From assembly GCF_003918875.1 (NCBI RefSeq), contig NW_025766962.1:1116001-1180000 (forward strand): DNA of 64,000 bases. Direction: 5' to 3'. Under the pieces are notes generated by a model. It saw nothing but the letters and a program-made list of their open reading frames with translations, searched no databases and was not told where the DNA came from. Positions 48,101 to 59,808 of the stretch are shown in pieces. Source of the DNA: Haliotis rubra (Eukaryota). Position numbers and translations under genes: made by a program. Position 1 is the stretch's first letter. Every line of letters starts with the position of its first letter.

Positions 48101-50878
48101 GTACCCAGCTTACAAGCGAGTAACATTTTCTATGTACCCCGCTGGGAATGCCGAACTCATTTGGTACTTCGTAGTAGTAATTATTTTTCTCGAATTACAT
48201 TGAATCAGGTATGATGCACGGAAATTACAGATGTTTTGCGAATTCAAATCGATGGAAGGGAGATAACTCTAAATTTGTTTTTCTTGTCGTCTGGTACTCC
48301 ATAATATGATCCGATACCCGTGCTTCAAACAGTTCAAATTACCATTGAGGTGTTCGGTAAGATAAATACGTTGTTCACTGGTCCCTCGGGGCCCATGGGT
48401 TGATGTGACCCTCGAGACCAGTGAACGACTTATAATGCCCGCCTGGTTCTGAAACGAATTAAGAAGTGAAAAACACGGAGAAATCAACAGTCGTAGAAAA
48501 ACAAATGTCAAGAAAGAAATCGTCGTTGATGTTGCCTTACCTTCCGTGCTGGGACGTTGTCTGGGGTTGAGGACCGTGGGGAGAACAAACTTGAGAGACC
48601 CATCAATCTCCTGAGCCAGTTCCGTCACGAAAGAAAACTGGAGTTTGGCGTCGGAATTTGGTGGTAGATTACCCAACTTGCATCTGAAGATGTCTCCTGA
48701 AGCTTCTTGTTCCTCTCTCATAAAAGGAGGTCGACCAGCAACATCAGCTTTTGTGTAGGTTTCTGTGACCTTTATGAATGACAGAATGTACTGTGATATG
48801 TCGTCATGCAATGTTGTAACTATCTTACATTCCTTCTGTTACAAAGCACCAAATCACCAACAGTTCTTAACACTGTTTTATTTCATTTAACAAACTGAAT
48901 ATTTAGTTGTCGGCTATGTATTACTACATAACGTAATCAGTGATGTGGAAGTTACTATATTTATCAAGTGTAGTCTGGAAACTTCTAGAAGAGTATAGCC
49001 TAATCCAGCTTAACAGATCTTTCCTGGAGGTATTAACACTATACAAGTGGGCTCGCATGTCTCTTTCATCTTAAATTACGTTACGATCAGCGGTTATGTG
49101 GAGATTACGTTTTCACCCTGGATACCCAGCCTGTTGCTACCATATGTTTTAACCATTAGGTTTTACCGACACGAATTATGTATTTTAACAACTCATTACA
49201 ATTCTTAAACGTAATTGATCTGGACCAGACACATGACTATTATCAACGATTCATGGTGTCAACAGACAATCAACGACGTCATGTCAAACAGATCCAAATC
49301 GCTTCGTACCACAACCAGTGTTAACATAAGCTGATGAGGCCAGGGGATGATCGAGGTGTATAATCATGCTCATGATTAAGTTTGTTTTATCCCCCACCTG
49401 TTGTTTTTCTTGAATCTCAGCTTCGTAGTGTCTGTCGTCGATGTCGGCCACAAGTTTGTACACCACGCTGTTGTCGTCCATGGGGAAGAGAAAGGCCACG
49501 TCCACTGTGGTGTCGTGGACATTGCGATACTGGACACATGCGTCAACGTTAGCCAGGAAACCCTGAATACTCACTGATACGTCAACACTCGTCAGAGGCA
49601 CTGAAACATGACAGTGAGCAGGCGAGTGGGGTCTATCTCAGAGCCAGTGATAGTGGGCACAGAGTTGATAGAACTCTTTAGTCAAGCATTTCCCATTCCA
49701 TTTGATCACTTACCACTTACAACTATGCCGGGACCAGTGAGGATTGCGGACTCATGGGTTTGTATCGGAGTCATTCAGGCAATGGTGCCATAAAGGTTGA
49801 CAGAAAAACAAAACAAAACACACACAAAAACAAACAAACATCGCTGAGTCAGTTTACGATCTTGCAATGATTTTAGCAAATTAACGTCAGTTGCACCACT
49901 TGATGGTGTGAGTGTTTATGTTATTGGAGTTCTTACACTTTCTTACAAGACAACCTAACCATTTGCCGGAACTGGCTGTAATTCATCATCAGCTAAGATA
50001 GCTGTGTGTATACGCCACTATTATATACCCACTTATATCAACTTAGACTTTAGAGAGTGTTCAAAATGGGCAATAAATATATCACAAAGTCTTGTAATCA
50101 TATTTATTCTCAAACCCATGAACGTGTCATTGAAATACAGTCGTAAGTAACCGTATCCAACTGAGGTTCGTTGAGCAATCGACATGTGTAAATATAGATG
50201 CGATGTCCGAGATGCGATGCTATATCCCACCGTCCAAGAACTCAAAGTTTTCCTCCACTTGCAGCAGCAGTTCAACAACATCACAAAAACCGAGATGTAG
50301 GCACGTGGCGAATCAAACCCGACACTCCGCCATGACGAAACTACAGACTTATTTTTTGCGTGCAAAGGGACTTGAAAAGAAACGTCATTAAACATTTCAC
50401 TAACACGTGTCACGTCGCTTGTAGGTTTATTTGTTAGATTGTTGCTTAACGTGACACACGGCAGTCCGTAAATAGTGGAGTCTGGACCAGACAATCGGGT
50501 GATTGACTTGATGACATGACGATCTTGGAACCAGACCCCCCGATCCCGTTAGTCACTTCTTACAAGCACGGATTGCTGAAGAACAATTTCTTTACTAGTC
50601 TAGCGCTTGTTAGATGTACTGATGTTATTAAAGTAAATTTTGAGACAAAACGTAGGAAAACTAACACCGTTCACCCGGCGTGCAATGTTTGGCTGACGAA
50701 TGGTGATGTACACATACTGTCTCAAAATGATGGAACGGTTTCTTGAACATACAATAATAACGATAAGGGAAGAAATGTTTCTGCCAGTCCAGTAAGAGTG
50801 GACGAGACAGGACACGGTCCAGTACTTACCTGTTCGCCCCTCTTGTCCCCTGATCACTAGACCGGAGGGAATCGCCAT
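36195..50878 (-). CDS. VWA5A: VWA5A-like (VIT + vWA) protein gene, 16 coding exons: 50878-50830, 49600-49398, 48769-48541, 47284-(gap), 46401-46299, 45692-45585, 44729-44603, 44225-44081, 43668-43589, 43266-43152, 42227-42066, 41268-41091, 38760-38610, 37984-37947, 36978-36815, 36587-36195
   Basis: MAIPSGL..VPLTSVDVSVSIQGFLA (VIT), DIFRCKLGNLPP, EFIFILDRSGSM (MIDAS), CYFNVISFG, ADMGGSE, VFLLTDG, SKYTSFVGVD, WATGLAICWL..KAKDWL. All visible junctions are GT-AG and phase-consistent; exon 4 runs into an assembly gap. Confidence 0.9.
38252..38390 (-). mobile_element. HaSE1-like SINE, 5'-truncated, in a VWA5A intron
   Basis: Reverse complement of the 31103-31265 body with a (TCAG)n tail. Confidence 0.85.
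39160..40935. repeat. GT-rich 69-bp minisatellite (~26 units) in a VWA5A intron
   Basis: Unit GTGATATGTTTGTCATGTGGTGTGATACGTGGTGTAGTTGGGTGTGGAGTGTGGAGTGAGGTGTGTG(G/A). Confidence 0.97.
42294..42707 (+). mobile_element. Crypton-like non-autonomous element, copy 1
   Basis: Near-identical to 48038-48435; CTGATTGG head, ends CCCTCGAGACCAGTGAA..ACTTATA. Confidence 0.65.
45392..45562. repeat. Short-period tandem repeat (ACACACGCATCA-based)
   Basis: Alternating CATACAACACACGCAT / CAGGCAACACACGCAT units. Confidence 0.9.
46994..47140. other. Assembly gap (hides the 3' end of VWA5A exon 4)
   Basis: Run of N. Confidence 1.
48038..48435 (+). mobile_element. Crypton-like non-autonomous element, copy 2
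   Basis: Terminal hairpin TTCACTGGTCCCTCGGG...CCCTCGAGACCAGTGAA; matches 42294-42707. Confidence 0.65.
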
Positions 50879-51261
50879 ATTCTCCACCCTACAGCCACAC
50901 TGACCCCAATACACTACTAACCCGCAACTGCCACCCCGACCCAACAGCTTGTATACCAACGCCTTTATTCCTCAACACACCGATGAGTGACTGGACACAA
51001 AGAAGTGTTTTCAATGTTTTTCTGTTGCACTGAGAATATTCTGGCGCGGTGAATCGTATGATTCCATAAAGGAACTCCGAGTAATTTCTTTGCCTATTTA
51101 TCCAGCTCATTGAGTGTTAGACAGTCATAGTGAATGTTCACAGATCATATTGTATACAAAGATATGCGGTATTTGTGTATTCATTGGCTTGTAAACAGGT
51201 TAGTGGTTTTACTTTCAATGTGCTATCTTCTGATTGTGCGCAGGACGTACTCTAAGGGAGC

Positions 51262-51428
51262 GAGTTCCAGTGTAGTACCGATCACCTTGTGTGAAGGGGC
51301 ACTGGCGGCCCTGTTGTAGACAGTGCCGTAATGACGGACATAGTGAGTTCCAGTGTAGTACTGATCACCTTGTGTGAAGGGGCACTGGCGGCCCTGTTGT
51401 AGACTGCGCCGTAATGACGGACATAGTG
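51262..51428. repeat. 83-bp tandem duplication upstream of the VWA5A start
   Basis: GAGTTCCAGTGTAGTAC.GATCACCTTGTGTGAAGGGGCACTGGCGGCCC... twice. Confidence 0.9.
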
Positions 51429-52453
51429 ACGTTCCTGACAGAAACGTTGGGTCGGGAAATCAGATTCCAGATTTATGTTTTCCTTAGTCAGCACCAGACC
51501 CGTTGTTGTAGATCTCAACAATGTGGTAGACGTGTCAGATCTCATTTCAGAATCACATCAGAGTCTGCCATTCGAATATCCTTTTCACCTTGGACTGACT
51601 CTCGTGCTTCAAAACAACGAAATGTCACCAAGAACATGCGTTTTGAAATACACTCCGTTGGAATAATGGTTAGAGTATGTTAAAGAGGGGGAAAATGGAT
51701 CGCTTGTTTGCTCGTGTTACTACACCCAGAAGCTACATTCCTTCCACAGGTCACGATGACGGGTGGTTATATGTGCAACAAGAGTTGTCTCCCTTTGGCG
51801 TCGAAAACAGAGCGCGCACTATTGAATTGGTGGTTCAGTCAAATCAAGTTATAACTGAAATGTTTATATAATACGAAATCGATTTTCTGAAAATTGCCCA
51901 ATTTGCGGTTGTACGTAAAAGTTAAAAAAACTAAGAAGCCGAGAACATAACACCGTGAGATCGGGACACTTGATCAATATTTGCGGTAGAGGTGTTGGCC
52001 ACGTTTTTGGAGAGTATTGCATAGATTCAAAATCCTTTTCACTAAGCAGACGATTGTGAATGCAATGAATACATTTTTATGCATGTCAATACAATCAATC
52101 GCTTCAGTATGTCTATATGTAGACTCTATTTCTGTCCCAAGTCGCCCCTATCCTTCTGGATGCAAAGTGTTATTTTTTCTTAAAATCTAAAAAATTGAAC
52201 GTTGCGCGACAATTACACATAACAGATATGTACAATATTAATTCCCTGTCCGATGGAGAATATTGAAGTGCAAATACTTATGCGGTTTGAAAAGTAGACT
52301 CGTTAAAGACAGGAATACTTTCTCCGTTTTTCATCCTACACCGAAAAGGCACTGTGTGGAGATATTACATATTTGGCATCTTCAGGGAAACTGCGAGCGA
52401 ACAAATTAAAATACTGAACGAACGATATCGGAACGACACATCAATATCTCAAA

Positions 52454-53700
52454 TAGACTAACGGGCAAAAGAAACGATACCAAGTCGAAATCACTGATAT
52501 TACAAACCACCATTGTGAAAAAGGACAGTGAATTTTAATAATAGGTGTATGGGCAACATGAACTCGGTCATTTCATTGGAGTAGCAGCAATAACAAGTCC
52601 ATTGAGTCAGTGTATAAATGAAGGAATGAAGTGTCCAGTATTCGATCACAGATGTAAACAATACAACATACGTGGTCAGTGTCTGGTATGCCCACTGTGG
52701 GCATCAACTCTACGACGTGCTGAGAACGTCAGACGCCGTATACCTTGAGGGGTCCTTTGCCATTCCTCTTGAAGGGCTTGGACAAGCTGACGTCGGTTAT
52801 AACGGCCCCAGCACGAATCTGACGATCCAAATGGTCGCACAAGTGTTCAATTGGTGACATTGACGTGGAGGGCCAAGGAAACACATTGATGTTGTTTCTT
52901 TGTAGAAAATCCATGACAATATGTGCTGTATGAGGACGCGCGTTGTCCTGCTGGAACATGATCCGGTTACGGCGTTGGCGTAGGAATGGTAGCACAATCG
53001 GACGCATAATTTGATCAATGTATCGTTGAGCAGTGAGATTACCATCCACCACAACAAGATCTGTCTTCATACCGTCACATATGCCGCCCCAAACCATGAC
53101 ACTCCGCCACCAACGGTTCCACTGCCTGTACACAGAAACGTTGCACACGTTCTCAACGGCGTCTGTTGACACGAGCCCTACCATCATTCCTGAACAGCTG
53201 GAACCTGCTCTCGTCTGAGACCATCACTCTCTGCCACTATCTACTTTCTGTTTTGCCACTGGCGAACTGTGCGTGCCCATCGAAGACGTTGATTTTGATG
53301 TTAAAGCGTCAGCCGTACACCACGGTAGGGTCCGTAGGCGCGGATACCGTCGTGCTGCTGTTCGTTGACTGATAGGATGTCCAAGCCCAGTCGCTGCTGA
53401 TGACGTCACAGGTAGGAAACGGTTTCTTCCACTTCTTGGCCAGTCTACTGTCCGCCCTGTTTGCCTGCAGCGTGTCATCAGCCTCGTGATGGCTAGACGT
53501 GTACAGCCCAAGGTCGCTGCTACATGTGCATGAGTGGCACCCATCTGTACCATCCCAATGTCTCTCTCTGGATTCCTGCGATAATCAGGGCATGGTCGCT
53601 GAAGTTGACTTGAAGGTCTGATGTCGAGGAAGTTTTGTGTGCACTCTTATACCCCAATGATGCACGTGCTTCAAGCAATCCGTTCACGAGACTTTCGTGC
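52454..53700 (-). mobile_element. Tc1-like element with transposase pseudogene (~53590-52685)
   Basis: HVAATLGCTRLAITRL..RQTGRTVDWPRSGR; SVMVWGGI..GNLTAQRYIDQI..FQQDNARPH..WPSTSMSPIEHL; frameshifts. Confidence 0.9.
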
Positions 53701-53792
53701 TTCACGACCTGTTGTAGTGACTTGATTGTTTACAGGCCACTACAATATGGCTGGAATATTGTCATAGAATATGAGTCCGGGATAGAAAGGTG

Positions 53793-54097
53793 ATTGAGTG
53801 AGTTAATATTTAACGTCACATCGGCAATATTTCAGCCATAGCGTGACGAAAACAATTCATACAATAAAAAGCGAAAACATTTTGAAGATTAAAACCTGTC
53901 GATGATGAACAGTAAAAATACTAGAGAATCACAGATATGCATGTAAAACTAGTGAGTTAAACTAAAACATGTTTATTAAAGAAGACAATACAGAATAAAA
54001 CACGGGCTATAGATCGCCAACAACTGAAGGTAGATCACCATACTAGGAACCATGGGGACTTACATTACTTTTGCTACCTGCACGGACCCTAGCTGGA
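53793..54097 (-). mobile_element. LINE 3' tail repeat
   Basis: Reverse-complement match to 26990-27272. Confidence 0.75.
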
Positions 54098-57000
54098 TGG
54101 GATAGAAAAGGGCTCCAGCAAAAAGCAGTCTAAGCAAACTTAGGCTCAGTATTATTCGTTCGCCCAAACACAACATTTTTCATGACAAATGTCAGGGAAG
54201 CGTTGTGGCGATTGTTTTAAGCTCATAACTACTTACAAAATTTGAGTTCGAGTCCAAATTATCAAATTCAATTTTAGTGTCGTTTCTTTTGCCCGTTAGT
54301 TTAGATTTGTATGCCTATGTTTAACGTTATACATTCAGTATATCAAATGGCTAAACAATCAGTATAAAATATGGCTTGCCATAGACGACGAAAATTGATT
54401 TTCCGCTATAGTGTCAAACGACGACAGAGAGGCCACACGCTCATAAAGATAAGGGGGCATAACTCCGCTGTGCTTGACACTTGGTCGTTGTACCTGAACC
54501 AGAGTATTCCTATACAACGATCTACACTGTAACTGGATACGTTTTGCTAGTATCACAAACTATAAAAATGATGAAATCGTACAATATGAGAAAGGGCGTA
54601 ATAGCGAATTGAATGGCCTTATCGAATAGGTAAATTACCTCTTAGATTCCCATAATCTCTTGTTTTGTAAATGTATCATATTGCACCATTAATAACAGAA
54701 TAACAGCCTTATCATCACGTGTAATAACATTGCTGAAAAAAACGACACCATTTTAGTTGACGTGAAGGCTTGTTTTATGTATTTGGCAAGGTCGGAGAAA
54801 GACGACATTGGTATGTTGATATATATCTTACCTAATTTTCGTTCAAAGAGTCAAAGGCTCATCTGTATATATCAGTATAAACCTTTCACAAATAGTTTGA
54901 ATAATACTGAAACCTTTTGAACACACTTCTCCAAATCATTACATATTACATCATGCGATCATTTCTGTAATGCTCGATGTCATTAATGTCACCTCCACCT
55001 TGGACAAGGACGCATCAGAGAACCAGTTTTTCCAGTTTGTGAAAAAAGCTTTTGTCTGCACCATACCCGTGTAGCCTACCCATGAATAAACTATTATGTA
55101 ACTATAAGGTAATGGGACACAGTGTGAGATCCGTCACATCCGGGCCTAAGTCAGGCCCGTTCAGAGGAAGAATAACCTAAGTCTTAGCTAGGTCTTTTTT
55201 TTGCATAAATCATGCATATTCAACACGCTGTAATTCTGAAAAATATTAATGTATCAACGTGATATTTCACCACAATCTAGGTCTCAACATGACGTTCAGT
55301 GGGTATTATAATGTCAAAACAACCTAAGTCTCACTTAGGTCGTTCTGCTTCGCAACCCTTCATATGTATCTGAATACAACTGTGTCACAAACATGGTGAA
55401 GAGATACACAGAGACGTCCGGGGGATACCTGTGTGTAAGCTGTGAAGGTAGTAGATTAAATTCATTGTCTTGTATATCTTATACAGTCTTCACTCTTACT
55501 AGTACTCATCAAGAAATTGAACTTTGTGTTTATTACACTTTATCATAAGTCAGTGTTCCTCATTGTGTGGCAATGTTCCAAGTGTATAACATCGCGTAAT
55601 AGGGGTCAGTGGTATGCTATATTCTTGAAAGTACTGGAAGATCTTCTATTGTCTTTTTCGTAGGCACGTGAGGGGATCTATCTTATGACAAGCATTGTGT
55701 GTGTGATGATACTTATCCCCTGGACTACCTTGCCTAGGTCCTCCTTGGGGGTTGGTTGCTGTCGCAGAGAGGTGGATATTTTCATCACTGGCTTTACTGC
55801 CATGATTTTTGCTTTCGTATTATATTAATTTCATTGAGAAGATGGACAAACCTTTACAAATGCCATATTACGTTACATGTTTTTGGAAATTGGAAATATT
55901 ACAGATTAACTGACCACGTTTCACCATCTTAAATCTGCCAAAGGTCACACTGATAATGAGCATCGGACATAATCGAAGACCAGTATCCCTTAAGCTATCA
56001 GAGCCAAGATGCAAAGCGTTTAGCTGTATTGTATGTTTATATTCCACGTTGGTCAAATCACGCTCGTGCCAAATACACCTTCGTGGCATAATCGCACCTG
56101 GATATTGCATTCACATGCACGCGACTGTGAATACTGCTACACTCACTCGGACCACGAACATGGATTGCAAGGCACAGATACCAAAGGTAAGTCACCATCA
56201 GCAGAGTCACTTGAAAGATGACATGGTACCGTCACAATACTCTGAAGCTACTGTCAACAATTCTACAGTCTCTCAGACAGCCGACGTGTTTTGGTAGTTA
56301 CTGCTACACAAGGTAAGTGACCAGTACTACCCAGTTGAAAAGCTATATTACTAAACTGGAAGCTTGAAAACACATTACATAGATAGAGGATACTAAACGA
56401 CCTTCAGTGTAATACCATATTTATTAAACGAGTTAAACATTTGATTCTAAATCTTTCACGAGCTTAATAAAAATGGTATTTCACGGAAGTGAGTTTAGTA
56501 TTCTGTTTATCACTCTCCAACATAAATTGATAGAAACTGCCAACGTAGTGTTATGACTCTCAGCTTTCCACGAATCAAACAAGGTCTAATACCATTGTGA
56601 CAGAGGTATTAGCATTGTGAAGTCATAACTGTAAACCATTACGACGTCATACGTCTAGCGGTATTACACTAGTGTAATATTGCTGTAACAAATATCACAG
56701 TGCAGTATCACCCACGGGCGAGTAATAAATAAAAAAGTAACAGTAAAATCGAACTATTAAAAATATGTTCCCTATGAATATATTTATGTTCTCTATCTTA
56801 GTAGGGACCTTCATGTTTTAGCATGAAACCCACAATGTTTCTGTCAGACAAACCCAGACTAAACACCCCCACCCCCACCCCTTGTCCACAAGTAATTAGA
56901 TATCACTAGCTAATCTACTAAAAAAAGTACTGTAGGAAATAGAAAAAAAACTGTTTTAGGCTGTTACTCTGTATCCCTACAATTTACACAACTGCAAATA

Positions 57001-57964
57001 GCATATGGCGAAATAACCCACTTCGGCCTAACTTGGCATTCAGTGGGATGCGTAATAGGATATCCAGAAAAGCATGTTTACTCGTAAAATCGGGCAAAAC
57101 TTAGAAAAAGTACGAATAGATGCTGAAAACAATAGATCAGACTATCAGATGGCAATTAGGTCGCTCAGCCAGATATGACGACCGACCGTCGACTCACCTG
57201 GCATGAAATGCATGTGCTGCCTACAGGCACAAGGGGTCATCTCAAAGGTATTTTGTGCTTATCCATGTGTGTTGACTATGCCTCATCTATTGATTAACAT
57301 CTTACGTGTCTTCCTTTCATAAAGTTTATGTTGAGATATGTATAAGAGTATGATACCTGATAACCATAGAAACACATCGTATTAAATGTCTCAAAATATA
57401 TAGTGTGGCATGACCACCCGATCGCGAAGATCGACAGGACTGGATATTATTTGTAAATTGTTATGACATGCCGTGTACTTCCCCAGTATAATTGCCCTAA
57501 AGGATTATCTCATCTTAGCTGATATCTCTATCCCCCAGGCCGATCCAAACGATCGTCTGCGACACCCGTCCAGGTTTTGCTTTTGAGACGAACCCTCCTA
57601 TCTGTTTCTTTTTATGGTGACAGTGAAACTCCATGGTAGCTACATCCTTAATAGTTTCAGCATGAAAGTTATTAATTTTTACACCAGCTATCGTTTATAA
57701 TGAAGCTACGTCTAATTTCAAATTGGGCATTTAAGCAGTGTCCTTTGTAATACAATATCGTCGCACACTACTTTGCATAAACCCATGGCCTGTTCCAAAT
57801 AAATCGTTTTGGACTTAGAAAAACACCGCTTTGCTCATTTCTGCACTCATCTCTCCTCAGTAAAGTCCTTTTTCTACGTGTCCTATCTCCCTCCACTGAG
57901 ACTGTAGTTAGGCCGAAATTAGTTTAACAGATATTTCACACTTTCACATTTCCGACAGTACTTT

Positions 57965-58153
57965 AGTGATTTAATGACATTGTGTATTAATCTCAAACGT
58001 CCCTCTCAGACAGGTGAGCGTAGCTCTAGTGATTAAATGGCATTGTGTATTAATCTCAAACGTCCCTCTCAGCCAGGTGAGCGTAGTTCTAGTGATGTAA
58101 TGGCATTGTGCATTAATCTCAAATGGCCCTCTCAGCCAGGTGAGCGTAGTTCT
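57965..58153. repeat. 63-bp tandem repeat x3
   Basis: AGTGAT..AATG.CATTGTG.ATTAATCTCAAA..CCCTCTCAG.CAGGTGAGCGTAG.TCT. Confidence 0.9.
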
Positions 58154-58353
58154 AGAAGAACAAGGCGTAACATGACACTGAAGAGAACATGTTAGCGTGG
58201 CATTGTAAGGGCGCAAACAATCCAGACAGATGACATAGATTGGGAATAGTGAAAGTTTGAGATGACATGATTAGTTGTAAGTCATGCATTGAAAAACATT
58301 CGTATATGCGGCATGGAATGGTCTGAATTAATATTCCGATTTCAGGGAGTATA

Positions 58354-59167
58354 CACTAAACGCCAAAAGAAATGTTACCCTCCTTCCTTAATGACGGAGG
58401 TACCTATCTTCAGCTGGCGTTGTGATGCATAGACGTCCACTGCTTGGTCTGTCTATGGTGACCACAGTCTGTCTGTAGCGCTGACTTATAACCGTGACAC
58501 GGTGGCATCCGAGGACGGTGGCAACAGGATTGCATGTCGACTCCATCTGCACGATCCCAATATCTCTTTCTCTCTATTCAGCTGTTAATCTTCGGGCTCA
58601 GGGAACATAAACAAACATCGAGGGTACATCAGCCCATGTCCCCCTCGACACCAGTGAATAACCTATAGTTTAAACAGAAAATGGAAAAAATGTTACTTTG
58701 CTTGCAAAATTGTTAACATTGATAATTTTAGATGCTTTTTCACAATATTAAAGACACGTTTTACTTGTTTCACTAATGCAAATCAGCAGAAAATGTTTTC
58801 AAAGACTGAAATTATAGGAATGATTCTGTTACAATTTTATACACTCTACAACAGTTGTTTCTTGTTTTAATAGTTGAATAATGGTGACTTAAAATGGTTT
58901 ATCTTTGTCTCAAGCAGAATTTTATTTCAACTTTTCTTTTGGACATCTGTTAATCACTGTTATTGGTTTATTTCGGCATGGTCGAAAATAGGACAATTTA
59001 AGGTGCATTTCACCTAAATATAAATGCATTTGAGAATACTTTTTTGTGATTTGCATAAAGCTGTGTTTTTACGGCCTTCTTGTAAACTAATGCCTTCAAA
59101 CATATCTTTGATAGTTTTTAAGTAATTCATAATGGTAGGAGGGTAACGTTTCTCTTGGCGTTTAGTG
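58354..59167. mobile_element. Tc1/mariner-type MITE with ~41-bp TIRs and TA flanks
   Basis: TA|CACTAAACGCCAAAAGAAATGTTACCCTCC ... GGAGGGTAACGTTTCTCTTGGCGTTTAGTG|TA. Confidence 0.8.
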
Positions 59168-59808
59168 TAGTTCACTCCCTTTGCAGCGCCTTACCAAGTA
59201 TGGCTAACGTACCTGCAGGTGCCTATGATCTTTTGTCCCGGAGTCACTATGTGGCTGGAATAATGCCATTGTGACGTAAAACCCAACTCAAATGAACTCT
59301 TGTCCCGCACATCGTCCGTGGTGGGAAAGACCACTGGGCATGGTTGACCAATGCGCTCTCTCAGTGTCTTACTGGTAGAGGTGGTCAGTTACGTGACGTC
59401 AGGCACGAGTGTTATCGTCTGACAAACAGGTAATGTTTCCGGTGTGCTGGGGCGAGTCTTGGTAAGTATTAGGGAAGCAGTCCACCATATATGCTCTCTA
59501 ACTGTTAGCTTTGTCAAACTAGAGATGTGTTTCCAAACGTTTAGCCTAATATGATACTTAGCTGTGCGTTGTTGCACAAAAAAGACAAAAGCAACCTACT
59601 TTTGAGCGATAGTTTCCTTGTCCCAGACAATTTTTAAAATTTTTGATGTTGTATGTCCAGTTCTTCTCATCTGAAAAATGGTAAAAATCTTGGTACTTTA
59701 TTCATAGAAATATTTCAAAGGTTTCATTGAAATTACCTGTGTTTAAATTATAAGAATAATACCTTGGAGATGTTCACATTATTCTTAACGGGTGTTCCAG
59801 GAGAGGAC

